DNA of 64,000 bases from positions 928,001 to 992,000 of the forward strand of contig OY761556.1 of NCBI GenBank assembly GCA_963664705.1, in the 5' to 3' direction. Origin of the DNA: Acidobacteriota bacterium. GTDB lineage: Bacteria; Acidobacteriota; UBA6911. Shown in pieces: positions 10,246-20,382 of the stretch. Within the stretch, counting starts at the first letter, position 1, and each line of letters opens with the position of its first letter. The notes beneath the pieces are model-generated. The model was not told the DNA's origin. It saw nothing but the letters and a program-made list of their open reading frames with translations, and ran no database searches. Both the position numbers and the translations under genes were made by a program.

Positions 10246-11091
10246 TTACAATCGTTTGGATGCGTGTTCTATGTCTTTGCAAATCTTCTCTATGGCTTTG
10301 GCCTGCGATTCAAAAGACGGCGCTCTGAGGCTGTCCGCAGAGACCGTGGACGAAGAAGGCAGTGAATAGAGATTCACCAGCTGGCGATCCAGTTCCACGG
10401 CCATGGCACGCAGCCTGGCAATGGTTTCCGGATCGAGGGCATCCGCATCGGAGCCGGTATTGATTGCTTTTTTGGAGGAAAGATCAATAACAGCGATAGT
10501 CTGGTTCTGGCGGATTTCTTTGGCGAAGCTCCGGATCGCCTGCGATTTTGCGATTATTTCATTCCTGTCGACCGTTTTGCCCGACCGCGCATCGGCCAGC
10601 ATGGTTTCCAGCTCATCAATGGTTCTCAGCATCTCCCGGGCGAGGATCAGCGGATCCCGAAGCGCTATCTTCAGCATCGCCGGGGTCATCTTGGGTTCGT
10701 AATTTCTTGTGAACCGCGAGAAATAGGTCGGGTAGATGTGGTACATCGAATACAGATAATCGTAGTAGTTTTGCCAGTAGTAGTAGTCCGAAGTCGATCG
10801 GAAGCAAGTTCCCGTGAGGTTGGGGACTACCCTCGACGGTGTGCTGGAGAAGGCGCGCGTTCCCAGATCAACTCCAGATGGGGAATAGCCCGAGTATGAG
10901 CTTGGAGAGGAATACGAGGAAGTGGATGAAACGCTCGAGTACGTGGGAGCGGAGGACGGTGAAGATGCGGCCGTTGTCATGCCTCTCCCGGAGTCCGAAG
11001 AACTGGCTGGAACATCCCGCTGTGCCCAAATCGGCGACACGATCGAAAAGGCTATCAAAACAACGATCACGCCTAAGATCTGTCTCCTCAT
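10246..11091 (-). CDS. Exported hypothetical protein with Ser-rich linker
   Basis: Signal peptide MRRQILGVIVV..IWA; helical C-terminus. Confidence 0.7.
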   Translation of the reverse strand: MRRQILGVIVVLIAFSIVSPIWAQRDVPASSSDSGRGMTTAASSPSSAPTYSSVSSTSSYSSPSSYSGYSPSGVDLGTRAFSSTPSRVVPNLTGTCFRSTSDYYYWQNYYDYLYSMYHIYPTYFSRFTRNYEPKMTPAMLKIALRDPLILAREMLRTIDELETMLADARSGKTVDRNEIIAKSQAIRSFAKEIRQNQTIAVIDLSSKKAINTGSDADALDPETIARLRAMAVELDRQLVNLYSLPSSSTVSADSLRAPSFESQAKAIEKICKDIEHASKRL

Positions 11092-11428
11092 GATTTCCCC
11101 CTTCTTTAACCAGATTTCCACTAATTTTAACATAGTAGACGAGGACAGCATGCCGTTTGTCTCATATTTTGTTAAAAATTTTTTTAAGTTTATAGCCCTT
11201 GAACCGGCTTTCTATCCCCAATTGCTCCAATATGTAAACGGCGAGTTCTCCAATCGCCTGATTATGTAATAACCATCGGCATTGAGAACAGCGAATCCGC
11301 ATATTATTTGCAAAAAAGGCGCGCTCGAAAACCGTGGAATGCGGCAGCCTGTTGTCGCCTTTGAAAACCATAAAGGTCGAAGGGCTTCGCCCTCGGAGCG
11401 AGACGCCGGTAGTACTTCCTGGAAGAGA

Positions 11429-12139
11429 TTACCTGGATTTGGGCCGGAGGATGGCCCTCTCCCCCTGGTAGCTCAGCACGACTCCTTCGGCCGTAATGCT
11501 TTCAAGGAGGTAGCGTCCGTCCACGTATTCTCCCTCCTGATATTTGTGGTCATTGATGAAGGCCATGCGTTCGGATTTGGTTTCTGAATACATGTGAATC
11601 GTCATGGTCATTTTTGCCATGGCTTCGCGCAGCGATAGCGGAGCTGCGGTTGCGGATGGCTCTTCCGTTGCGGGAGCCGGATTCGAGGGGCTTGCCAGCG
11701 GCCTGGCGGATGGTTTCTGTATCGGCTCGGCGGTTTCCGGCACCGGTCTGGGCCTGGGCGTGAAATCAGAGCCTGCGCCGGGTCTTCTTGAAGATGAAAT
11801 GGCATTTTCCTCGCGGGATTCTGCTTGCGTTTCGCTTGAAACCGGGGGATCGGATGGCACAGCCGCCCTGGGTGGCGCCTCTCTTGTCGCGAGGGAGGAT
11901 GACTGGGTTGCTTCTTCCATATGCTGGGCCGGAGAGCCGTTCTTCGTGCCCGTCTGTCTCCACAAAAGAACAGCCGTCAGGCAGAGCATGGCGATGGAGA
12001 TCAGGCAAACTCCCGCAATAACCCACGGACGTCTGGAGGGCGTTTCAGGCTCCGTGTCATGAACGCTCATCAGCGTCGGTACCTGCGAAATGGATCTCTC
12101 CCGCTCGGCTTTTTTAAGGGCATCCAGTATATAGGACAT
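11429..12139 (-). CDS. gspB: General secretion pathway protein GspB
   Basis: MSYILDALKKAERER N-terminus, TM, Pro-rich linker, C-terminal IHMYS..ERMAFIN...EG domain. Confidence 0.9.
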   Translation of the reverse strand: MSYILDALKKAERERSISQVPTLMSVHDTEPETPSRRPWVIAGVCLISIAMLCLTAVLLWRQTGTKNGSPAQHMEEATQSSSLATREAPPRAAVPSDPPVSSETQAESREENAISSSRRPGAGSDFTPRPRPVPETAEPIQKPSARPLASPSNPAPATEEPSATAAPLSLREAMAKMTMTIHMYSETKSERMAFINDHKYQEGEYVDGRYLLESITAEGVVLSYQGERAILRPKSR

Positions 12140-12157
12140 GCTATAGATCTCCCTTTT

Positions 12158-13834
12158 CTAGCGAATGTCCCTGGACAGCGTGGGCGAATCCGGGCCGCTG
12201 AAGGCGGTTGCGATGCGAACCAGCGTTTCACTACCGATAAAACCATCCTGGATCAGCAATCGATCTTTCTGAAAACGCAGGACGCGCTGTTTCAGCTCCT
12301 CGTCATAGGCATCTTTCGAGGCGGGGCTAGGCTCTCTCTTTTCCAATGCGTCCATGGCTCGACGGATCCAGAGGACGTTGGCTCCACTGGCACCGGTTGA
12401 CAACTGGTAGGGAGGAGGAAACGGGGGCTTCCATAGAAGGATGAACGAGCCATCCCAGATCTTATCGACATCGGAAAGCGGAAAGGGCCGTTCCCGCCCC
12501 GCAATGGATAGCGTTGCCGTTTTGTCATCCAGTCCAACAAGGGCCACATGTTTACGGCCACCCGTTGGCAATGGGATTTCAAGAATCGCCGGCAAATTAT
12601 ACCTGCGCAGCTTCGGCCAGTTTCCTGTCTGGAAAATGCACTCGAGACCGTGAGCCTTGGCGATCGTGCACCCCAGCTCTCCCGGATTGGATGCAACCTT
12701 CACTCCCCACCGGGCGTAAATATCTGCAAAAGCAGAGGATGAGGCTGGCAGGAGGTCGATCAACCTGGCTGAGGACGTAATGGCCGGGAGCTTGTTGCCG
12801 GCGGGTGTTTCGGGTGCGGCGGGGACCGGGCTTGTTTCAACAGGAGGACTGACCTTAGTTTCCGGCTTGACCACCCCAGCCGCGGCCGCATGGACAGATG
12901 GCAGCGCAGCTTTCGGCGCAGAAGAGGATTTGGCTGTTTTGAAATAGACGGCACCGACGCCCATCGCCGCAACCAGGAGCATCAGTGCCGGAATCCATGC
13001 AAGCCGGTATTTGCGATACCATGGGACAACGCCGCGCGTTTCGCGGCTCGCCCGGCGGACGATGGCTGCGCTGACTTGCTGCCTGTTTTGCGCATAAGCT
13101 CCCAAAAGGGCACGGTCGCAAAGGATATTGACCAGTCGCGGTACTCCGCCAGAGAGTCGATAGATGCTGCTGATCGCGAATTTTGTGAATAGAGGGTCTC
13201 TCCTGCCGGCAATCAGCAATCTGTGATGGATGTAGGCAACCGTTTCATGCCGGGAAAGCGGAAGCAGATGATAGCGGGCTGTGATCCGCTGCGCAATCTG
13301 CCTCAGATCTTTCCGCTTCAGAACTGTGAGCAGTTCAGGCTGGCCGATCAGGATGATCTGGAGGAGCTTTTCCTGCGATGTTTCAAGGTTGGTCAACAGG
13401 CGGATCTGCTCTAAAACATCCCCCTTGAGGTTTTGCGCTTCATCGATGATCAGCACCGTCTTCCTGTGCTTCTCGTGCGATTCGAGCAGATGCTGATTCA
13501 GCGCGTCTATCAGTGCCTTGATGCTGACGGTTTCGGCCGGATATTGGATTCGGAGTTCATCGCACACCGTGGCGAGCAGTTCAGTGGCGGTCAATCGGGG
13601 ATTCAGGATCAATGCGACATCGGTTTCGGGCGGCAGCTGTCTTACCAGGCATCGGGACAGAGTGGTTTTGCCGCACCCGACTTCTCCGGTCAGCTGCACG
13701 AATCCTCCGGGTTGCTGGACTCCGTAAAACAGATGGGCCAGGCCCTCTCGGTGTCGTTCGCTCATATACAGATACCGCGGGTCCGGTGTCAGAGAGAACG
13801 GAGGTTCGCTGAGTTTGAAATATTCGGTGTACAT
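12158..13834 (-). CDS. exeA: ExeA/GspA AAA ATPase with peptidoglycan-binding domain
   Basis: PFSLTPDPRY, GEVGCGKTT, IIDEAQNL, SGGVPRLVN; C-terminal FQKDRLLIQDGFIG. Confidence 0.92.
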   Translation of the reverse strand: MYTEYFKLSEPPFSLTPDPRYLYMSERHREGLAHLFYGVQQPGGFVQLTGEVGCGKTTLSRCLVRQLPPETDVALILNPRLTATELLATVCDELRIQYPAETVSIKALIDALNQHLLESHEKHRKTVLIIDEAQNLKGDVLEQIRLLTNLETSQEKLLQIILIGQPELLTVLKRKDLRQIAQRITARYHLLPLSRHETVAYIHHRLLIAGRRDPLFTKFAISSIYRLSGGVPRLVNILCDRALLGAYAQNRQQVSAAIVRRASRETRGVVPWYRKYRLAWIPALMLLVAAMGVGAVYFKTAKSSSAPKAALPSVHAAAAGVVKPETKVSPPVETSPVPAAPETPAGNKLPAITSSARLIDLLPASSSAFADIYARWGVKVASNPGELGCTIAKAHGLECIFQTGNWPKLRRYNLPAILEIPLPTGGRKHVALVGLDDKTATLSIAGRERPFPLSDVDKIWDGSFILLWKPPFPPPYQLSTGASGANVLWIRRAMDALEKREPSPASKDAYDEELKQRVLRFQKDRLLIQDGFIGSETLVRIATAFSGPDSPTLSRDIR

Positions 13835-14061
13835 GCAGGCGCTCTTATCCCGGCTGATATAGCCGCCATGCTTTGGACTTCTTTTAACTGACTGAAAAAA
13901 CTGATCGAAATCTCACGCGCAGTATTTCTGATGATCCGGCTCGGCTTCTGGGCGAATCAGCCTGCCAAGTGTAGCATATGTGCACATTCCCCCAAATCCT
14001 TCAATGGAGGCATCTTGAATCCCGGGGCATGGGAGGGCGTATTCTGTGTTACCATGATTCC

Positions 14062-14595
14062 ATGATGCTCTTGACTGTTCTGTTATTGCTATTGCAGGGC
14101 GCACAGGCCACGGCTATCCAGGATATCCCTTCGGCACCCGGCGTTTATTATCGGCAGCCTGCCCAATCCTGGATCAACATTCCTAAAGCCCCGATCCTGA
14201 GTTCAAAACTGATGGGTACCGGCCTCTTTGTGGAGACCGGCGGCTACACCAATCTTGGCACGGATGTCGTGTGCGAAGGGGATAAGGCAAAGACGCGCAT
14301 ATCCGATCCGATGCCGACCCTTTTTGTAAAGGGCATTGGTCCCGCCGAGGATGTGCAGATTGTTCGTCTCACGAAGAAGAAGGCCGGCCGCGCGTTTTAC
14401 AAGTCCTCGGCGAACTCGACCATCGAAAACAAGATCGGCGCCCGGAAATCCGATCTCCGGATGGTAACAGTGACCAGGATTGAAGAGGGCGTCATTGCCG
14501 TCACCCCCGATTCAAAATTGGATGCGGGGGAGTATCTGCTGGTAATCGGAGAACCCGATAACAGTTACGACTTTGGAATTGACGCAAAAAGATAA
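14062..14595 (+). CDS. Exported hypothetical protein
   Basis: Hydrophobic signal; C-terminal P..KLDAGEY...YDFGID; start uncertain (track 13978). Confidence 0.65.
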   Translation: MMLLTVLLLLLQGAQATAIQDIPSAPGVYYRQPAQSWINIPKAPILSSKLMGTGLFVETGGYTNLGTDVVCEGDKAKTRISDPMPTLFVKGIGPAEDVQIVRLTKKKAGRAFYKSSANSTIENKIGARKSDLRMVTVTRIEEGVIAVTPDSKLDAGEYLLVIGEPDNSYDFGIDAKR

Positions 14596-14610
14596 CCCCG
14601 TAATTTCAGC

Positions 14611-15396
14611 TTACTGGGATAAGACAATCAATTCGCTGTTCTCGATGCGGATGTCCCGGATATAGTCGGGTAATTTGAATTTCTCTTTGTTTCCCGGCGA
14701 GGTGAAAAGCCGGTCCGCGGCAGCGTGCAGCGTGCTTGAGAACAGAGGCAGGGACCCGAATTTCCCACCCGTTGGATCCAGCCGCAAATAGCCATCCTCG
14801 GCCAGAAGGTGGCCTTCAAGTTCCATGGACATGTTCATGCCGTGCATGTCAAAGACTACATAGGCAAGGACCAGATCATCCTTCAACTCCAGCTTGATAT
14901 CACGAACGGTGGATTGCGCCTGCGACAGGGACGAGCTGTCCATAGAATGGATATTGGTGGCCGCCTTGGCCAGATCCGGGATTGATTGTGAATCAATGCC
15001 TCCGGCCCGGACGTCCTTTTTCAATGCGAGATTCGTTTGAATCCATGCATTCAGCTCCGGTTGATCCAACTCCAGTCTGCCGGCAACACCATGACGGGCT
15101 CCGGAAACAAAACGCTGGACCTTCTCCGCGGCCAGATGGGAAGCGTCCGGTGGAACGGCGATGACCGGAGGGGCAGAGGTCCGCAAAATTAGAAACAGCA
15201 CCAGGAGCAGACCCGCCAGCGTGACCCAACGGAATATTTTGTAAAAGCGCCATAGGCCGCCTGCGATCTGACCAATCATTCCCGGCCTTCTTTCCAGATA
15301 AACAGGCGGTGTTGTGCGAAGCTTGGCATAGACAAGGCCGCAGCGCAAACACTCGGACCCCCCACTTTGCTGGTAGCCACACTTTGGACAGTTCAT
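14611..15396 (-). CDS. Zinc-ribbon, single-TM hypothetical protein
   Basis: MNCPKCG....ECLRCG, TM, periplasmic beta domain. Confidence 0.75.
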   Translation of the reverse strand: MNCPKCGYQQSGGSECLRCGLVYAKLRTTPPVYLERRPGMIGQIAGGLWRFYKIFRWVTLAGLLLVLFLILRTSAPPVIAVPPDASHLAAEKVQRFVSGARHGVAGRLELDQPELNAWIQTNLALKKDVRAGGIDSQSIPDLAKAATNIHSMDSSSLSQAQSTVRDIKLELKDDLVLAYVVFDMHGMNMSMELEGHLLAEDGYLRLDPTGGKFGSLPLFSSTLHAAADRLFTSPGNKEKFKLPDYIRDIRIENSELIVLSQ

Positions 15397-15573
15397 GGGT
15401 TAGCAATCGGCTGCCCGATAGGAATACTGCAGGATAAATCATGAGCCCATTCCGTATCTTCTTCATTTCTGTAATCGCGATCACTTTTTCGGCGGGCCGA
15501 AAAAGCCGTTCCTGCCCATTGGCGCTTTTTCGCTTGCTCCGCCATTCAGAAATTATATATTTAGGCTTTTTTA

Positions 15574-16332
15574 ATGGAGCGAGCATTGGATTACCGCAGT
15601 CGTGATATCAGCATACAAAACAAAAATCTATTGGAGTTCATTCAGCAACTGGCCGCCGGGGAATTCCTGATCCCGACCTTTCAGCGCCTTTTTGTTTGGG
15701 ACCCCGAGAACATCTCCAGCCTCTGGGACAGCATTTTTCACTACTATCCCATCGGAACCATACTCTGCTGGAAAACGCGTACGCGCCTGCATGTGCATCG
15801 GCAGGTGGGCGGATTTTTTATCCCGGAGAACGGGGACACGGACAACAGGCTTCAGTCGTATATTCTGGACGGCCAGCAGCGGGCCACATCGCTGCTGGTA
15901 TCCTTTTATGGCGGAGTCGGCAAAGTGAAGGAGCATTTTGCGTTCGACTATACGCTCTACTTTGATTTGACCACAGCCACCTTCTTTTTTGAAAAGGACT
16001 ATTATCGCCACCGATGGGAAGCCGAGCCGGATTTTCTTGTGAAGCTCCGGGAGATCCCGGATCTGCCACCGGATCATTGCGACCGGTTGTCATTGGTTCG
16101 CGGGTATTCCGATGCGATTGAAAGCCACCTCGAACAGCTGAAATATGTTTTTACCGATTACAACATACCGTTGATCAATCTCGGGGGGTACGATATCGCC
16201 GGCGTCTGCGCAATTTTCGAACGGATCAACCAGACTGGAGTGCGGCTTAAGAACATGGATATTTTGATTGCGAGAGGATTCAAAAATTACGCCACGGTTG
16301 TCGAGGAGGATTTCCCCATCACCTCCGAATAG
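15574..16332 (+). CDS. Stand-alone DUF262 (GmrSD/ParB-like) domain protein
   Basis: IPTFQR.FVW, YPIGTIL.W, LDGQQRATS, IFERINQTG. Confidence 0.88.
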   Translation: MERALDYRSRDISIQNKNLLEFIQQLAAGEFLIPTFQRLFVWDPENISSLWDSIFHYYPIGTILCWKTRTRLHVHRQVGGFFIPENGDTDNRLQSYILDGQQRATSLLVSFYGGVGKVKEHFAFDYTLYFDLTTATFFFEKDYYRHRWEAEPDFLVKLREIPDLPPDHCDRLSLVRGYSDAIESHLEQLKYVFTDYNIPLINLGGYDIAGVCAIFERINQTGVRLKNMDILIARGFKNYATVVEEDFPITSE

Positions 16333-16359
16333 CGAATTTACTATCGTGCAGTTTGTTAG

Positions 16360-17361
16360 TTATGCGTTTACGAATTTATTAAGTGATTCAAACTGTTCCT
16401 GCGTTCCGATCACCACCAGGACGTCATCCCGGTGAATCTGCGAGCTCGCTTTGGGCTGCAGATCAAAGGAGCCGTCGTTCTTCTTGATTGCCAGGATGAG
16501 CGCTCCGGAGTTGCCCCGAATATCCGCGTCACCCACCGTTTTGTTTACCAGTTGAGAGCTGGCCGGAATTGGCATTTCGAACAAACTGAAGTCGACCTGG
16601 CCTCCGTGCGTCACGAGATCCAGGAAGTCGCTGGCAACCGGATGGATGGCCAAAGCCGCCATCCTTATGCCGGAGATGAAATAAGGCGATATCACCCGGT
16701 TGGCGCCTGCCATGATCAGCTTTTTTTCCGTGTCCTTGATTCCCGCCCTGGCCACAATGTTCAGATTCGGATTCAGGACGCGGGCGGACAGCGTAACGTA
16801 AACATTGGCGACGTCGGAATCGGAGCAGGCAATAAGCCCGGTAGCCGTTTTGATGCCGGCTTCCAGCAATACGCTGTCAACCGTGGCATCTCCTATAATG
16901 CTGGGGACATTTTTGGCGCGCAGTTCGTCCAGCGTCTCCTTCTTGCTGTCGATTACAACAAACGGGACCTTGGAAGATTCAAAGACCTGTGCCACCTGGT
17001 GACCAACTCTGCCGAAGCCGCAGATGATATAGTGCTGCTTCAACTGGCTGATGATCTTGTCCATCCTTTTCCTCTTTCTGTATCCGGACATTTCCCCTTC
17101 AACAATAGTCTCCACCGCCTGGCCGGCAAGATAGATCGCGCTGCCCACTCCGCCGATGATGATAAATATCGTGAATACCCTGCCGCCGGATGAAAGGGGA
17201 TGGACCTCCTGGAATCCAACCGTGAACAGGGTTGTGATAACCATGTAGGTGGCGTCAAGAAACGAATAATGCTCCATGGATTCGTATCCGATGATGCCAA
17301 TGATCAGTACCGAAGCCAATATGATGGTTGCCGGGAGCAGCCTTCGAAATGGATGGTCCAT
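16360..17361 (-). CDS. Potassium channel with TrkA-N/TrkA-C (RCK) domains
   Basis: 2 TM + TTLFTVGF filter; ICGFGRVG; C-terminal RCK_C. Confidence 0.9.
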   Translation of the reverse strand: MDHPFRRLLPATIILASVLIIGIIGYESMEHYSFLDATYMVITTLFTVGFQEVHPLSSGGRVFTIFIIIGGVGSAIYLAGQAVETIVEGEMSGYRKRKRMDKIISQLKQHYIICGFGRVGHQVAQVFESSKVPFVVIDSKKETLDELRAKNVPSIIGDATVDSVLLEAGIKTATGLIACSDSDVANVYVTLSARVLNPNLNIVARAGIKDTEKKLIMAGANRVISPYFISGIRMAALAIHPVASDFLDLVTHGGQVDFSLFEMPIPASSQLVNKTVGDADIRGNSGALILAIKKNDGSFDLQPKASSQIHRDDVLVVIGTQEQFESLNKFVNA

Positions 17362-17551
17362 ACAGATCCGGGTTTATCCCTCACCGCTGAATTGTTGTAA
17401 GGCCAGATGAAGCCACATGATACCATGATGTTTCCACGAAGTGCCAAACGATCAGTTTTCTAATCGGCTGGGAGTGGTTTCGCGGGACCTGCCGGCTTGA
17501 TATATACGGAAGCCGCTCGAAACACTTATTTCAAGTTTCAGGGGTTAAACT

Positions 17552-18673
17552 TTGGCTCAGATTGAAATTGTCCCAGTGACCAGTGCCGGTGAAATGCGGC
17601 AGTTCATTCGCTTCCCATGGCGCATCTATCGCAACGATCCTTATTGGGTGCCCCCGTTGCTGCTCGACATGAAAAATCTCCTGGACAGGAAGAAGCACCC
17701 GTTTTTTGGCCATTCGTCTGCGGAATTTTTTCTCGCCCGCCGCCAGGGGGAGCCGGTTGGGCGTATTGCAGCTATCCTCAACAACAATCACAACTCGGTT
17801 CACAAGGAACGCACCGGTTTTTTTGGATTTTTCGAATCCATTAATGATGCCGGGGTGGCAACGGCGCTTCTGGAGCGTGCCGGACAATGGGTGCGCGAGC
17901 GCGGAATGGATCGAATGCGCGGACCGATGAACTATTCGACCAATGAGACGGTCGGCCTGCTCATAGAGGGGTTTGATTCACTCCCTTGCATCATGATGCC
18001 GCATAATCCGGCCTATTACGGCGACCTGATCGAGAAATCCGGATTTTCCAAAACAATGGACTTGTATGCATGGTGGCTGTTGACGGAGAAAGGTCTGAGC
18101 CCGAAGATCACCCGTGTAGGGGAAAGAGTTCTGAAAGATCAGGGAATCCGTGTGCGTTGCATCAATATGAAGGATTATTGGGGGGACGTTGCCATCATCA
18201 AACGGATTTATAACGATGCGTGGAGCGACAACTGGGGATTTGTGCCGATGACGGATGAGGAATTCCATCATATGGCCAAAGATCTCAAGATGGTTGTGGA
18301 CCCTCGCGTCGTTCTGATCGCGGAAAAGAACGAAGAACCGGTCGCCTTCTCCCTTGCGCTCCCTGATGTGAATCAGGCTTTGAAAAAGATCAATGGAAGA
18401 CTGTTTCCCTTCGGACTGCCGCGGCTTTTATACCTTACGAGGCACATACAGCAGGTTCGCGTCCTGGCACTGGGGATTTCCAAGAAGGTACAGAATTGCA
18501 ATGGGCTCGGGGCTGCGCTGTATTACGAGTCTTTCCGACGTGGCGTGGAGGCAGGATATCGCAGTTGCGAGTTTTCCTGGACACTCGAGATCAACGACCT
18601 GATCAACCGGAGTATGCAGCTGTTCGGGGCAGAGATCTATAAACGGTACAGGATTTTCGAAAAGCCACTGTAG
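17552..18673 (+). CDS. GNAT (YghO-like) N-acyltransferase, probable bacterial ceramide synthase
   Basis: FPW.IY.NDPYWVPPL, GFFGFFE, GLLIEGFD...MMPHNP.YY, AWSDNWGFVP, EFSWTLE.N; cluster context. Confidence 0.8.
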   Translation: MAQIEIVPVTSAGEMRQFIRFPWRIYRNDPYWVPPLLLDMKNLLDRKKHPFFGHSSAEFFLARRQGEPVGRIAAILNNNHNSVHKERTGFFGFFESINDAGVATALLERAGQWVRERGMDRMRGPMNYSTNETVGLLIEGFDSLPCIMMPHNPAYYGDLIEKSGFSKTMDLYAWWLLTEKGLSPKITRVGERVLKDQGIRVRCINMKDYWGDVAIIKRIYNDAWSDNWGFVPMTDEEFHHMAKDLKMVVDPRVVLIAEKNEEPVAFSLALPDVNQALKKINGRLFPFGLPRLLYLTRHIQQVRVLALGISKKVQNCNGLGAALYYESFRRGVEAGYRSCEFSWTLEINDLINRSMQLFGAEIYKRYRIFEKPL

Positions 18674-18696
18674 CGGCGGCGATCCTTGCTCCCGCG

Positions 18697-20238
18697 TTAA
18701 ACTGACGCCTGCTTGCCGCCGAGCTTTGCCAATTCTTCCGCCAGCGCCTGAACAGCGTACCGGATTTCCTCTTCGGTATGGGTTGCGCTGATAAAAAAGC
18801 GCAATCGTGCCGCATCTTCCTCCACGGCGGGATGGACAATAGGCTGAACGTTTATCTTGCGTTCAATCAAGGCCTGGCTTAGCTGCATGCATCGGATGGA
18901 ATTGCCGATGATCGCCGGAATTACCGCAACTCCAACGGCGTGGCCGGTATTGATTCCATGGCTGCGAGCCAGGTCAAGGAAAAGCTTGGATCGGTCTCGA
19001 AGCTGTTCGACCACTTTGGGAAGGCGCTGCATCAGTTCAAGGGCTTTGAGTGCCGCGGCCGCGTTGGGTGGTGCCATCCCTACGGAATACAGGAATCCGG
19101 GTGCCGTAAACTTGAGATAACGGACCAACGGGCTGTTTCCGGCAATGTAGCCTCCACAGCTTGCGAACGATTTGGAAAGAGTACCCATCCAGAGATCGAC
19201 CTCAACCGGGTCCACCCCGGGGAAGTGATGTGCGACGCCTCGCCCTGATGGCCCAAGGACTCCGAGCGAATGCGCCTCGTCGATCAGGAGGTTGCACTGG
19301 AATTTCTTCTTTATTTCAATAAGCCGCGGCAGGTCGCAGATATCTCCATCCATGGAAAAGAGGCCTTCAGAACAGATGAGCGTACGCCGGTATTGGGCGC
19401 GAATCTGTCCCAGGATATGCTCCAGATCCGCTGTGTCCGCATGCTTGAATGGCAGTCGTTTGGCTCCGGAAAGGTAGATGCCCTGGAGAATACTGTCGTG
19501 GCAGAGAGAATCGTGCAGGACCAGGTCGTTCTTATCGTACAGGTGTCCAATGGTGGTTACATTGGTGGCATGCCCGCTTACAAAGACAACCGCATCCTCG
19601 ACGCCAATATGTTGGGCAATTCCTTTTTCAAGATCCCGATGAATTTGTCGTTCGCCGGAAACCGGGCGGCTGGCGGAAACGGAAGTGCCGTATCGGTCGA
19701 TGGCGTCTTTGGCGGCGGCACTCACCTCAGGATGACCGGATAGGCCGAGGTAGTTATAGCTCGAGAAATTCAGCATATCGATTCCATCGATAACGCTGTG
19801 GTTTCTGGCTGTGCCTTCATGAACATGAAAATATGGATTTCTCAATCCGGCCGCTTCAATCTCCAGCAGGCGTTCTCCGATGCTTTTTATCTCCGGGAAC
19901 TTTCTTGTATCCCAAAATTCCGGGTTGGCACCTCCCGGTTGCGGCACCGCTTCGCCTTGAGCTTCAGGCGATTCTTCGGGCAGGCTAAATCCGGACGGAA
20001 GCTTCTTGTGGATCAAATCCAGCAGATCGCGCACATTGCTGAGAGACGCCACTTCTTCATCTGCGATGCGGATCGAAAGGTTTTCCTCGAGCACGCCGAT
20101 CACTTCCATCATGGCTACAGAATCCAGACCCAGTTCAGAAATGGGCGTAGCCGGGCTCAACTGATCGAAGTCCCTCAAATTGACATCGTAAACCGCAGCC
20201 CTGAGCACATTTAGAAGATTTTGATCCGTGCTTTCCAT
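18697..20238 (-). CDS. ACP fused to alpha-oxoamine synthase (serine palmitoyltransferase-like)
   Basis: N-terminal LGLDSVAM Ppant site; NFSSYNYLGL, DEAHSLG, GTLSKSF (PLP Lys). Confidence 0.88.
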   Translation of the reverse strand: MESTDQNLLNVLRAAVYDVNLRDFDQLSPATPISELGLDSVAMMEVIGVLEENLSIRIADEEVASLSNVRDLLDLIHKKLPSGFSLPEESPEAQGEAVPQPGGANPEFWDTRKFPEIKSIGERLLEIEAAGLRNPYFHVHEGTARNHSVIDGIDMLNFSSYNYLGLSGHPEVSAAAKDAIDRYGTSVSASRPVSGERQIHRDLEKGIAQHIGVEDAVVFVSGHATNVTTIGHLYDKNDLVLHDSLCHDSILQGIYLSGAKRLPFKHADTADLEHILGQIRAQYRRTLICSEGLFSMDGDICDLPRLIEIKKKFQCNLLIDEAHSLGVLGPSGRGVAHHFPGVDPVEVDLWMGTLSKSFASCGGYIAGNSPLVRYLKFTAPGFLYSVGMAPPNAAAALKALELMQRLPKVVEQLRDRSKLFLDLARSHGINTGHAVGVAVIPAIIGNSIRCMQLSQALIERKINVQPIVHPAVEEDAARLRFFISATHTEEEIRYAVQALAEELAKLGGKQASV

Positions 20239-20382
20239 GTTCTCACCTGATTAATGTAATACTGTTGAGGCTGTCCTCAGCCGAAGTCAGGCATCATACC
20301 ATAGGTGCTTCGACGTCTTACAGGAAGACATGCACTTGTTGAGTATGGAGGCGGTTTGGCGGTAGGGAAGGGAGGGTGCAGC

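Noticed and set aside
11429-13834. Complete type II secretion system
   Set aside because: Only the accessory exeA/gspB pair is present.
18697-20238. bioF (biotin synthesis) call
   Set aside because: ACP fusion, FAAL/GNAT/reductase context and absence of other bio genes.
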